64,000 bases of DNA, from the NCBI GenBank assembly GCA_001643675.2, contig LSRY02000041.1:1-64000 (forward strand), read 5' to 3'. The stretch is from Monocercomonoides exilis PA203. Its lineage: Eukaryota; Protista; Preaxostyla. Shown here in pieces: positions 1 to 12,800 of this stretch; within the stretch, counting starts at the first letter, position 1, and the number at the start of each line of letters is the position of its first letter. The notes beneath the pieces are model-generated. The model searched no databases, was not told where the DNA came from, and saw only the letters and a program-made list of their open reading frames with translations. A program made the translations under genes and the position numbers.

Positions 1-2554
1 CCTAACCCTGCAACCCTAACCCTAACCAACTCCCTAACCTCCTAACCAGTTGGAACCCTCCAACTCCAACCCTAACTCCAACCCTAACCCTAACCTAACC
101 CCAACCTGCAACCCGGCAACCCCAACCCTAACCCAACTCCGAACCTCAACCTCCTAACTCCTTAACCTAACCCTAACCCTAACCCTAACCCTAACCCTAA
201 CCCTAACCCTAACCCTAACCCTAACCCTAACCCTAACCCTAACCCTAACCTAACTCAACTGAACTTAACCTAACCCTAACCCTAACCCTAACCCTAACCC
301 TAACCCTAACCCTAACCCTAACCCTAACCCCTAACCCTAACCCTAACCCCTAACCCTAACCCTAACCCTAACCCTAACCCTAACCCTAACCCTAACCCTA
401 ACCCTAACCCTAACCCTAACCCCTAACCCTAACCTAACCCTAACCCTAACCCTAACCCTAACCCTAACCCTAACCCTAACCCCTAACCCTAACCCTAACC
501 CTAACCCTAACCCTAACCCTAACCTAACCCTAACCCTAACCCTAACCCTAACCCTAACCCTAACCCTAACCCTAACCCTAACCCTAACCCTAACCCTAAC
601 CCTAACCCTAACCCTAACCCTAACCCTAACCCCTAACCCTAACCCTAACCCTAACCCTAACCCTAACCCTAACCCCTAACCCTAACCCTAACCCTAACCC
701 TAACCCTAACCCTAACCCTAACCTAGTTTGAACCCTAACCCTAACCCTAACCCTAACCTAACCTAACCCTAACCCTAACCCTAACCCTAACCTAACCCTA
801 ACCCTAACCCTAACCCTAACCCTAACCCTAACCTAACCTAACCCTAACCTAACCCAACCCTAACCCTAACCCTAACCCTAACCCTAACCCTAACCCTAAC
901 CCTAACCCTAACCCTAACCCTAACCCTAACCCTAACCCTAACCCTAACCTAACCCTAACCCTAACCCTAACCTAACCCTAACCCTAACCCTAACCCTAAC
1001 CCTAACCCTAACCCTAACCCTAACCCTAACCCTAACCCTAACCCTAACCCTAACCCTAACCCTAACCCTAACCCTAACCCTAACCCTAACCCTAACCTAA
1101 CCCTAACCCTAACCCTAACCCTAACCCTAACCCTAACCCTAACCCTAACCCTAACCCTAACCCTAACCCTAACCCTAACCCTAACCCTAACCCTAACCCT
1201 AACCCTAACCCTAACCCTAACCCTAACCCTAACCCCTAACCCTAACCCTAACCCTAACCCTAACCCTAACCTAACCCTAACCCTAACCCTAACCCTAACC
1301 CTAACCCTAACCCTAACCCTAACCCTAACCCTAACCTAACCCTAACCCTAACCCTAACCCTAACCTAACCCTAACCCTAACCCCTAACCCTAACCCTAAC
1401 CCTAACCCTAACCCTAACCCTAACCCTAACCCTAACCCTAACCCTAACCCTAACCTAACCCTAACCCTAACCCTAACCCTAACCCTAACCCTAACCCTAA
1501 CCCTAACCCTAACCCTAACCCTAACCTAGTTTGAACCCTAACCTAACCCTAACCCTAACCCTAACCCTAACCCTAACCCTAACCCTAACCCTAACCCTAA
1601 CCCTAACCCTAACCCTACCCCTAACCCTAACCCTAACCCTAACCCTAACCTAGTTTGAACCCTAACCCTAACCCTAACCCTAACCCTAACCTAACCCTAA
1701 CCTAACCCTAACCCTAACCCTAACCCTAACCCTAACCCTAACCCTAACCCTAACCTAACCCTAACCCTAACCCTAACCCTAACCCTAACCCTAACCCTAA
1801 CCCTAACCTAGTTTGAACCCTAACCCTAACCCTAACCCTAACCCTAACCCAACCCTAACCCTAACCCTAACCCTAACCCTAACCCTAACCCTAACCCTAA
1901 CCCTAACCCTAACCCTAACCCTAACCCTAACCCTAACCCTAACCCTAACCCTAACCCTAACCCTAACCCTAACCCTAACCCTAACCCTAACCCTAACCCT
2001 AACCCTAACCCTAACCCTAACCCTAACCCTAACCCTAACCCTAACCCTAACCCTAACCCTAACCTAACCCTAACCCTAACCCTAACCCTAACCCTAACCC
2101 TAACCCTAACCCTAACCCTAACCCTAACCTAACCCTAACCCTAACCCTAACCCTAACCCTAACCTAACCCCTAACCCTAACCCTAACCCTAACCCTAACC
2201 CTAACCCTAACCCTAACCCTAACCCTAACCCTAACCCTAACCCTAACCCTAACCCTAACCCTAACCCTAACCTAACCTGAACCTAGTTTGAACCCTAACC
2301 CTAACCCTAACCCTAACCCTAACCTAACCCTAACCCTAACCCTAACCCTAACCCTAACCCTAACCTAACCTAACCCTAACCTAACCCTAACCTAACCCTA
2401 ACCCTAACCCTAACCCTAACCTAACCTAACCCTAACCCTAACCCTAACCCTAACCCTAACCCTAACCCCTAACCCTAACCCTAACCTAACCTAACCTAAC
2501 CCTAACCCTAACCTAACCCTAACCCTAACCCTAACCCTAACCCTAACCCTAACC

Positions 2555-2595
<41 letters not shown>

Positions 2596-2640
2596 CCCTA
2601 ACCCTAACCCTAACCCTAACCCTAACCCTAACCTAACCTA
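1..2640 (+). repeat. Telomeric repeat array (CCCTAA)n = (TTAGGG)n, left chromosome end
   Basis: About 2.6 kb of tandem CCCTAA with CCTAA and CCCCTAA variants. It starts at base 1 and ends abruptly at AACCTA|GGAATC. The C-rich strand on + is the orientation expected at a left end. Confidence 0.98.
722..2292 (+). repeat. Variant telomeric insert CCTAGTTTGAA, 5 exact copies
   Basis: Copies at 722-732, 1525-1535, 1649-1659, 1807-1817 and 2282-2292, each in the context AACCTAGTTTGAACCCTAA. A degraded look-alike lies at about 45-58. Confidence 0.93.
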
Positions 2641-3223
2641 GGAATCTGAGACCCCATATTTTTCGGTCGTTGATCTAAGATCACCACTTTTTCAGTCAAA
2701 TTCTTCATATCACATTTTCTCACTAACCAGACCAATCTGGCCCGAGAAAAAAATTCAGAGGACTATTCGCGAATTATCCGAACTTTTAGTGAAATATCAA
2801 CTTCCAATAAAAATATTCACAAAAATCGATATTTTCAACTTTTTTCTCATTGACCTGACATATGACTTGATAAGTGAAAAATTGTCAAAATTTTCAAAAA
2901 TTTCCAAAAAACACCCCCATCTCAAAAATTCACAAATCACATGTAGTACACGCTGGTTAAGTCTCAGGGGCCTCACATTTTTCCTCATCGAGAAAATAAT
3001 TTTTTTTGATCCAAAAATTTGACCGAAAATTTTCTCATAAAATTTTCATGAAAAATGAAAAGTCCATATTGTTCGATTAAAAGTGAATAGAATGATGAAT
3101 CATCCATATTGCAATCGATCTCACCACAAAAAACTGGGTCTGAATAGAAAAAAAAGCAGTAAAGGGCAAAAATGAGTAAAATTGAAAAATGATCATATTT
3201 TGATGAGCCTTCCTTTATTTTTC

Positions 3224-3271
3224 AGGTTAGGCTCGTACTAAATAACCCTAACCTAACCTAACCTAACCTAA
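3224..3271 (+). repeat. Interstitial telomere-like junction: AGGTTAGG, spacer, TAACCCTAA(CCTAA)4
   Basis: Read directly: ttcAGGTTAGGctcgtactaaaTAACCCTAACCTAACCTAACCTAACCTAA. Confidence 0.85.
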
Positions 3272-3785
3272 TTGTATTTGTTGAAATTTTTATCATTTTT
3301 TCTTATAATTTTTTTTTTGATTGAATAACCTTTGATCTTTTTTATTTTTCTGAATGAAAATTGACCCATTATCTAATATTTTGACTCTATTTTGGTTTTT
3401 GATTTGTTTTATAATTTTTCATTTTTATTAACATATTTGACTAACTATGTTGACATATTTTATATTATATGTTTATATAACAATATATATGATGTTTTTA
3501 TTGTGATTTTTTTTATTATAACTAACTTCTATATATACTTATAATAACTTTTTTTAACTTATAAACTTTGTTATGATGTTGTTAGTGCACTATTGAATGG
3601 ATTTCATTGATAAAGAGATGATAAAACATTGTTATTCATAAACGTTTATAAAGAGTGATAAGAAGTTATTCAAGTTTGTTTTTGTTTTTCTTTTAAAGAA
3701 AGATAATTGTTTTTTATAATTATACGTTGTTATATTGGTGTATGGTGATGTGAAAAAACATTTCATTATTTCTTCTCAATGGTTC

Positions 3786-6722
3786 TTACAAACATTGAAC
3801 ATCTTCTTCGGTATCTTCCTCCACTCTCACCCATTCACTCCCATCCTCACTCCTCTTCAACCTCTTGCTCTTCTTTGTACTCTTCATCCTCTTTATCATC
3901 ATTTCTAGTTCAGCTTCGTTCACCTCTTCTTCTTCTTCATCTCTTCTTTTCCTCTTCGTCGGCTTTTCTTCTTCTCCATTCCATTCATCTTCCATGTTGG
4001 GAGGCTTTCTTTTCTTGTATGTTTTTTTCTTTATTTCATTTGTTTGACATTGTTTTGCCTTTTCTATTATTTCTTTCAACGGAACTGGATCTGGTTTGCT
4101 GATTCTTCCTTTCTGCAACAAGACCTGAAGGTGATCGTCAATGTGTTGACGATCTCTGAAGGGGAAAGCCTTCATCATATCTGTGGCTCTTTTGCCTTCA
4201 TTATAAAGTCTAATAAGTATGTCGTCATCCTCTTTTCTCCATCTTATTCTTCTAATGTTGTTTTTTTCGTTTCTCTTTCTGTCTTTCAACACCTCTTCTC
4301 TCTCTTTCTTTCTTCTTTCATAAACTGTCATGTGCGATCGACGGTCAACCTTATGGTTGTACTTTCTTACTGGTGCCTTCGACGTGCAGCTCTCAGCCTT
4401 GCTGCAGAACAGCTCGGCCATTTCCTCAGGTGTCTTTCCTTGAAAATGAAATTGGTCTTGAATGAACTTGTATGCAATTGAAGCAGCGACTGAGTAGAGG
4501 TCTGTCTTTCTTTGTTCTTCTTCCTTCTTATCATTTATTTCTTTCATTCGATATTCTGCAACCATCATCAACTCTTCATTTTCTTCTATCAATTTCTTCG
4601 CTCCATTCTTTATGTACCTCTCTCTTTTCGCTTCCTCTACGATCACCTCTCCAAAATATTTTCTTATTCTTTCATTTACCAACTCCGTATACTTCTCCAT
4701 CGCGCTCTTTTCCTTTGGCACCTCTTCCTTGAATGAAATGCCATGAAACACCTCCAACTCCAACAGTGTTTCATCGAAGACCTGCTGCTTTTGACCTTCA
4801 CAGGGAGGAGCGATAAGACGAGATGCCACCATCGCCCGTTTTACAGCATCTTTAATGTAGCCACATTGAGAAAGTCGAATGGGGTTCCAGCCAGCAATGA
4901 AGGCTGTCTTTTCCATGATAGCTCTTTGCGTTTCTGCATCCTGATTCGACATAATGAGCGCCGTGCATATGAAGCCACTACGAAGCGAGTGGAAGCAGAA
5001 CAAATGGCGCGGATATCCTGCTGACACAGCCCTGTTTTTGAACCGTTCTCTCATGCTATCGACACTCAAAGGCCATATGAGCTTGTTAAGGTTTGTCTTA
5101 ACTTTATCTTCATTCCAATTTGACAGCCTTATTCCTGTTTTCTGATACACATATAGTGAAAGCCTATAAATCGGATCATCGTCTTTCTCCTCTTCCTCAT
5201 TTCCCTCAATTGTGATTTCTCTTCCCCAATCATATTGTCCCTTCGCTCGGTAATATATTATTGTGCAAAGAAGTTTGTTTGTGACTTTAGAACGGACCAC
5301 TTTAGTAATGTGTGATAACTTTACGTTAGCCAATGTCACTGCGCGCGCACCAGTATGGACAGCAACTAGATAAAGAGAGCTTTCAAGTGCCTTGTCGAGA
5401 TGCCTTGTTGGAATGTGATTCACTATTCGCTTGACATCCATGAGAAGTGCTGGCTCCTTTTTTAGAACTCTTTTTTGCACTTCACTTGAATATTTTAAAC
5501 AACGAACAGCATGCTTCATTGTGTCAACTGTTCTTTTATTTAATCTTCTTCCTCTTTTAATAATGTTTAATCTTTTTATTGATGGTATGATGATATAACA
5601 AATTGATGAAAGAGGATAATGGCACTCCTTGCCACAAAATAGTACGAACCCCCTGGCCATCCGATGATGCAATGGCCAAGGTTCCAAGCCGATTTTGTGT
5701 GTCCAGGTGGTTAGAAGCCGCTCAACCCAAGAATGTTTGCGTAGAGTGGCTTCTGACCAAATCCTGTCGACATGAAGATATTTCTTCGTTCCTTCCACCC
5801 CAACTCGTGCAAGAGCACAATCCATTTTTGTGGGGTGGTAATATAAATCAAAATTATTTTCTGAACAGGAGGAGGAAGAAGAGGATGAAGCAATGGCAGT
5901 GGAAGAGGAGGAAGCAGAGGCAGAGGAAGAGGCAGAGGCAGACTCAAACAATAAATGAGGAGAGAGAGAATCGGAAAGATTTTCTGTCAAAGAAGAATTC
6001 TGAGTAGATAGCTCGGATAACGCATTTGCTTTTTCAATATAAAATTGTTTATCATTTTTCAAATATAGTCTTTCTTCTTTCAATTCATCTAATGTTTCTT
6101 TTATTACATCTTTTTCCAATTCTTTTATATCATCTTCCTTTTCATCAGAGTCTCCTGAATATTCTTCCGCAGGAATATTATCTTCTGAATAATCAGAGAC
6201 GTCTAACTCTACAGAATAATCTGAGACCTCTTCACTGGTCTCAGAATCGCTTTCTTCTGAATATCTCTTTTTCTCTTTTTCTATTTCTTCTTTCGTTCTG
6301 TTTTGAATTGACAAAACTCTGTGAAGAGAAGGTGTTTTTGTGGGATTTTGCAGAGGAGGATGATGGAGTGAGCTGGAATTCGAGGGAGTTGAAGAAATAG
6401 AAAAGGAAGAAGGTTGTTGTAGATTGCGAAGTGGAGTTGAACGAATTGGAGATAAAAGTTCGTTCATCATGAGCAACATTTTTGCGCAGACTTCTTCTCG
6501 GCTTATAAATTCTGTGTTTGTATCTTTATCTTTTTCTGAGACAATCGGAGTTGAAGGTGGATAAACGATCTATGTTTAATATGAATGAAAAATAATGACA
6601 TTAAAATAAATTATTGATATGACAAAATAAAAGACACAAACATTCTGCATTGAGTCGAACACTTCATTGCTGATTTTTTCTGAACAAGTTGCACAATCGT
6701 TAGTATTCATTTGATTTTCCAT
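3786..6722 (-). CDS. Tyrosine recombinase (phage-integrase fold) with C-terminal Myb/SANT-like domain, copy 1; predicted join(6722..6642,6569..3786), about 954 aa
   Basis: Catalytic motifs HTGAR (R), RAKG (K), FHSLRSG (HxxR), IAGW (W) and GYIK (Y). The C-terminal RWRKEDDDILIRLYNEG...FPFRDRQHIDDHL is Myb-like. A predicted phase-0 intron at 6641..6570 (GTTTGT...ATAG) extends the ORF in frame to ATG 6722. Confidence 0.9.
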
Positions 6723-6934
6723 TGTTTTTATAATTCCAAATAGAATTTATTCAAAAACTGAGTAATTCATTATGGTTATGCTCAATATTTTTTATATGAG
6801 AAAAAAGTGATGTGAAAAAAAAATTAGAAATTTTGAAAGTTAAGTATAAAAATTGTATAATACAAGTGTGTATTTCTTTTTGGCAATTAAAACAAAGCAT
6901 AAGCGAGGTTCCTAATCTGCACGTACGAAAAGCT

Positions 6935-6951
6935 TAACCCTAACCTAGTTT
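6935..6951 (+). repeat. Interstitial telomeric seed TAACCCTAACCTAGTTT
   Basis: A 17-nt exact match to the left half of the telomeric variant insert, about 210 bp upstream of the predicted start of YR gene 1. Confidence 0.8.
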
Positions 6952-8702
6952 TTGGTCGTTCCAACAAAACTCATTGTTAGAATTTTATTTTGTATTTCAT
7001 TATCACAATCCATTTGATTGATTTTATTCAACTTTTTAGATATTTCTCAGTGTTTAAACATTCTTCAAGAATCCTTCACAAGATGGGTTATGTTGAAGTG
7101 AATAGACTCCAATAATGTAAATCACGTATAAAGTATGTTCTTTTTTTGATTACTTCTTTCAATATCTGTTTTTCTTATACCAGACTTTTTCATATCTTTT
7201 TTGTAATTAATTTATATCGTTTTGTTAATTTATTCCTTTCGCCTTGTTACTGAAGAAGGAAGAGAAGATCCAAATTAATAAATGCGTTAAGATTGAAGCG
7301 TTTCGATATTAAATAGGTTTTGTTGTGATTGTTATTTAGAAAATATTTATATTTTGATTGAATATAAATAACTGTTATTAATAATGAAAGATCCCTTTTT
7401 ATTATCAATTAAATCAACATCTGAAAGTTTATTTGTTTCAATTGAAATTCATTTCTATATTTTTTGATTGTCAATAAAACTCTTTATTACAATGATTGAG
7501 AATACAACAATTTTTTATGATTTCAAAGAAAGAAAGTGAAAATTTATAACAATATTAAAGAATTTTTGTGAAAATGAATAATGACAGATACAAAATGGAA
7601 TATAAATTATTAATCTTGAACTGCTCAGTCTATCTTTTTATTCATTTTGATTTTCCTGTGTGAAAAAATCTAAAATTTCGAAAATAGAAATAAACAACGG
7701 TATATTTCAAGAAAATGATTATCAAAATATTTTTCATTTTATTGTTGAAATAAATTAAATTCGTTTGTTGATGCATTTCTATCATTATTATTGCAAAATG
7801 CAAATAATTATTGTTATTTTATTATGTTTTCTTGATCAATATTTTGTCAAACTCCACTTTTCCATTCAATTCCCTTGAAATTTAAAAAATCGTTTGACAC
7901 TAAGTTGCAAATTTATTTTTTCTATTTTTTCCAAATTTTTAATTTCAAAAACATATCTCATTCATGAAAAGATTTTTATATTTTCAAATTCAATCAAATT
8001 TTCTGGGTAATTCTGTGAAAATCTCATCAACTTTGTAATTTTTTCTATTTTTTCAAAAAAAATATTTTTGAAGTGACACATTTTTGTTATTGTTTTTTGA
8101 TAATATTATCCTCCAAATATTCCTATTGATAGAGATAATAAATGAAAAAGTTATTATTTTCCAATAATTCTTCTTGTTTCATTCGCATCCAATAAAAATT
8201 GTGTGCCAAGTTAACAACTTTCAGAATAACTTTCATATTTCAGTATTCAATGTGCAAAAGACTTCTCCATTCAATAACACATAAAGAATTTCATTTCTAT
8301 TGCTTCTTTCTGTTTAACAAAGCGACAATTGCACCTGTTCAAAGGATTCGCAGCCTAATATAATTGCACATTATCAAATATTTTTCTGAAGGAGAAGTGT
8401 TTTTGTGTGATATGGCAGCAAACACAAATACCATCAACTGTCAATCCAACTCACATAAATAGAAATTGAATATCCTTTTGAGCGCTGAGATGTCAAGCAT
8501 TTGAGTCCCATTTTCACTGCTTTCCAGTGTCAAAAAAGGACCCATAAAATTTTATGGTTTACGAATTTTCACTTGAAAAGTTGAAAAAAATCGATTTTAT
8601 GATGTTTTTCATAAAAATTCAAAAATTTCAAAAAAGTGTGATTTTCATCAGTTTTTCATGTTCTTCCCATTTTTCACAATTTTGAATTGACCACGGTCAT
8701 AC

Positions 8703-8714
8703 TAACCTAACCTA
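8703..8714 (+). repeat. Interstitial telomere-like seed TAACCTAACCTAA
   Basis: ggtcatacTAACCTAACCTAAtc resembles gctcgtactaa...cctaacctaat at 3231-3272. It lies downstream of YR gene 2. Confidence 0.6.
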
Positions 8715-9872
8715 ATCAAATATAACAATCATAACAACAATGTTGTAAGGTTCAAATCATCATTAAGCTTCAGTACACTATATCTATTCCTCAGAATTAT
8801 GTTGCACTGAATATTTCTTGCTCTTCTTTTTTAATAAACAAAGAATTCAAAATGTCTGAATTCAAATAAACGTGATAGATACTTTCTATAATAAATAAAT
8901 CAAAAGAAATAAACACTTTTGTCACAAACTTGAATTCATGAACTGTGCACTCAATTTTGTATTTTGACTTCTTCCTTTGAAACTGCACATTTTTCTTTCA
9001 TTCTCCATTCGTCATTTATGAATAACTTTTGTTCCCCAATAAGTGATCGTCAATAAGCATTTAATTTCATTTAACGTTTGCTGATATCTATATTCAATAA
9101 AAATGAATTTTTTTCAAGCAAATAAAGTGTAACATACTGTTTTAATCAACAAACAATGCAAACTCTTTGAACAATGTTTCTATTCCTTCAATTAACTTTT
9201 CTGAACGTTATTTTAAAAACAAATGATTTCTCCTTGATTAAAAAAATACAATTCAATCGTGAATTAATGAAAAAATATAAATCACACTGTGTTCAAGTCA
9301 TCTCATTATTCATTAAAATTGCATTCCTATTGATTTCCTTTTATTCTTTAATTTCCAGATGATATTCTCCTTCTCAATTATCATAATTGATCTTGTTATA
9401 TTATTTGGTACAAGATTTTCTGTGAAATAATTTAACTTCAACAACTAAGCAAAACATCACTCAAGACAATAAATGCAAACATTTTTGGATCCTCTTCGTA
9501 TCAAAGTTAATCCAACTTTGATAATGTTTCTATAAATGCACGATTAGTCTTGTTATTCTTCAAAGTTTATTTTTATCGCAAAGTTAATACAACTCAAAAG
9601 GTTTTGTCATTTTTTCTAATGATAAATCAATTACATTTTGCATCTATTGAATGTATTTCACATATATTCTATAATTATTTCTTTCAATAACAGTATTTTT
9701 TCAGGGAACTTTTGTAATAATATGTCTATTAATTTTTCAGAAAATCAACTGTTCACCAAAAAGTTTGATTTCACTCATTTATCTGCAAATAATTATTATA
9801 TTTTCTTTTTTATTTTGTTCAAAAAAAGTGATTCCGAAACAATTCAATCGAAATATGTGATTATGAATACTT

Positions 9873-12800
9873 TTAAATGACTTCAACACATGATTCCTCT
9901 TCGTCTAATTCCCAACCAGTTCCGTCATCTTTTTTCCTCAATCGTTTGTTTCTTTTTTCTTTACTGTTATCTTCAAACAAATAATCATATATTTCATTTT
10001 CGATTTCCTCATTTTCGTCTTTGCTTGAATTTTCCCTTTTATGATTGAAATGAAACTTTAGTTTTTCCTTTCTGGAAGTTCCTGTGCTTGGCTCTTGAAC
10101 TTGTTCAACAGTTCTTCTTCCTTTATCATCAATTTTCACAACTCGTTTGTTTCTCCTACGATTATTCCTTTCAATAAAAGATTCATCTGAAAAATCGCTT
10201 TGAGAATCATCATCCTCTTCTGCTCTTTTTCTCTTCTTCGCTAACTTAATACAAGTATTTTCATCTTCTTCACAATAAGAATCATTATCTTCATCTTTAT
10301 CAAGAATTTTTCTTTGTTTCTTCTTGCCAATTAACCAACTATCAAACTCCTTCTCAAATGTTAACGGTTTTGTATTCTCCAACACCCCTTTTCGAATCAA
10401 CACACCTTTTCGAATCAACACCCTTATTCGATCTCTCACATGATTTGGGGCTCGGCTTTTGAGTTTTTCAGCTGTGGCATAAATGGATTCACCTTTATTA
10501 TACATTTCAATCACAATATCATCTTCTTCTTTCTTCCAGACTTTTCGTCTCAGATTATTCATTTCATCTCTTTCTCTGTCAATCAAATACTTTTCGAGTT
10601 TCTTCTTTTCCAGTTCCTTCCTTTCTTTCAAACCATCCAAATTCTAAATTTCTTTTATTTTCTGTTTCTTCTTTCGTCGATTTTTCATCATTATTTCTTT
10701 TGTCGTTGATTCTTCTGCCAAGTCACAATACAACTTTGCCAAAGTCTCTGCTTCAACTTTTTTGTTCACCAACTGATCTTTCACATATAATCTAACTATC
10801 TTATCTTCAATTCTCGATTTCGAATAAAAGTGATTTGAATCTCTTTCATCGTTAATTTGTTTGTACTTTTTTTCAACCATGTTCTTCAATAATTTCGTCT
10901 TCTCAACCATCTTCTTAGCAGCATTGCTTTCATACCGATTTCTTTCAACTCTATCAACCTCATCCTTCTCAAAGAACTTCTTCATCCTTCTCTTCACTTC
11001 ATCGTTGAATGCCTTTACAGAATTTATTTCCTTTTCGAGCTCGACTTTGAATGATATCCCGTGGAAGACTTCTAAATCAAGAAGAGTCTCGTCAACTTCT
11101 CCTGTACTCCCTTGTTCATTCGCAGTAACCAGCCTTGAGGATACAATTGTTCGGCGAGCGACCATTTTTATATATCCCATTTGAGCCAAATGCATCGGAG
11201 CCCAGCCTGCAATAAGAGCAGTTTTCTCCAATACTGCTTGTTTAGCTTCTGCACTAGAACCAGCCTTTATCAGTGCACTACAAATAAAACCACTTCTAAG
11301 AGAGTGGAAACTGAGGAAATTCCAGTCATAACCTGCGTGACTTGCTCTTTGTCGAAAGCGATTTCCCATGGATGCTGTCGTGATTGGCCATATTCTCTTT
11401 TTCGTGTCAATGGTGTGCTTTTTCGCTTCCCATTCAGATAACTTTATATTGGTTTTTGTTTTCAGATATCTCGAAAGCCAATAAATAGGATCTTGATTGT
11501 TTTGAACATTTTCTTGACCTTCAATGGTCACTTCATGCGCCCAAGCGAGTATTCCCTTTGCTCGATTGAACCTGAGTGTGCATAAAAGATTCCCAGTTTG
11601 CTTGGATGTTATGACTTTCACTATATCTGATAGGAAAACATTTGCTAGCGTCACTGCCCGAGCTCCAGTGTGAACGGCCACGAGAAACAGCGAGCATTCC
11701 ATTTCTTTTGCCCTGCATTCTTCTGGAAAAAGATCGATAATTCGTTGAACATCCCAAAGGAGAGCTGGCTCCTTTTCCTTTCCTTTCTTCAGAACATTTC
11801 TGTTGTGTCGCAAGCAGCAGACTGCTTCACTCATGGCTTGCTTCGTCTTCGCATTTAGCTTCTTTCCTCTCTTTATGATACTGAGACGCTTCAGAGATGG
11901 TATGATTACATATTTTATTGAATTCAAAGGATAAAAACATTCTTTTCCACAAAACAGGACAAATCCGCGAGCAAGATTCCTTTTTAGAGGCCAGGGATCA
12001 CATTCAACAAGCTTCGAATATGTTTCCAACAATGTGTTCACCCATTTGTGCTTCTTTTTTGTAGCGTTTGACCAGATGCTTCCAAGTTTCATATACTGCT
12101 GTGCAACTTCTTTCCCGACTCTTGCAACTGCGATGTCCATTTTCGTTGTTCTGTGATAATCACTTGCACTATCTTTTTCTTTATCTTGATCAGAAGTTTT
12201 GCCTGAAGTTGCTGATGAAGAAGATGATGAGGGTGGTGACTGTTTGTTCTCATTATCATTCGATATGTCTGAAATATCATGAAGTTGTTTATTTAGTATT
12301 TCTTTTGTTTCTTTTTCAACTTCTCTCAAATTTTTAATTGCACAAAGAGCATCATTGATATCCTTATCTTTTATTTTGTCATTGATTGTATCATCTATTT
12401 CGCTTTCCTCCTCTTCTTCTTCTTCAATATTTTCATCGGATTCTTCAAAATCTTCTGTTTCTTCTGAGTCTTCGAATTTATCTTCGGATTCTTCTTCATC
12501 ATCTTCGCTTTCTTCGTCAAATGAACTGATTTTTTCATTTCTTGTTTCTTTGTTTGATTCTTTATAGCACAGAGGAAGAAGAGTTCTTTTGATAGAAGGA
12601 GTTTGTGTTGGGTCTGTTAATGTTTGAAGATGATTCAGGTGGATGTGAGAAGGTGATGGAGTGGATTGCAAGGAGAAGTGTTGAGCCGAGATGTTTGTTT
12701 GAAAAGCGTTGACGGGAGTGATTGATGATGATGCGATTGGAGAGAGAAGCTCATTCATCATCCTCATCATTCTTTCGCAAACCTCGTTCCTGCTTACAAG

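Noticed and set aside
1-270. Highly degenerate telomere repeats at the extreme end
   Set aside because: The changes are irregular and non-recurring at the contig tip, most likely low-coverage read error. Scattered single CCTAA/CCCCTAA units may also be homopolymer errors.
1813-2067. 84-aa ORF (NP/LT repeats)
   Set aside because: It is a translation of the telomere repeat starting at the TTG of a variant insert, not a gene.
6952-8700. Possible accessory ORF between the two YR genes
   Set aside because: Only short, stop-riddled Cys-containing fragments (about 8100-8480) are present, and nothing is identifiable without a search.
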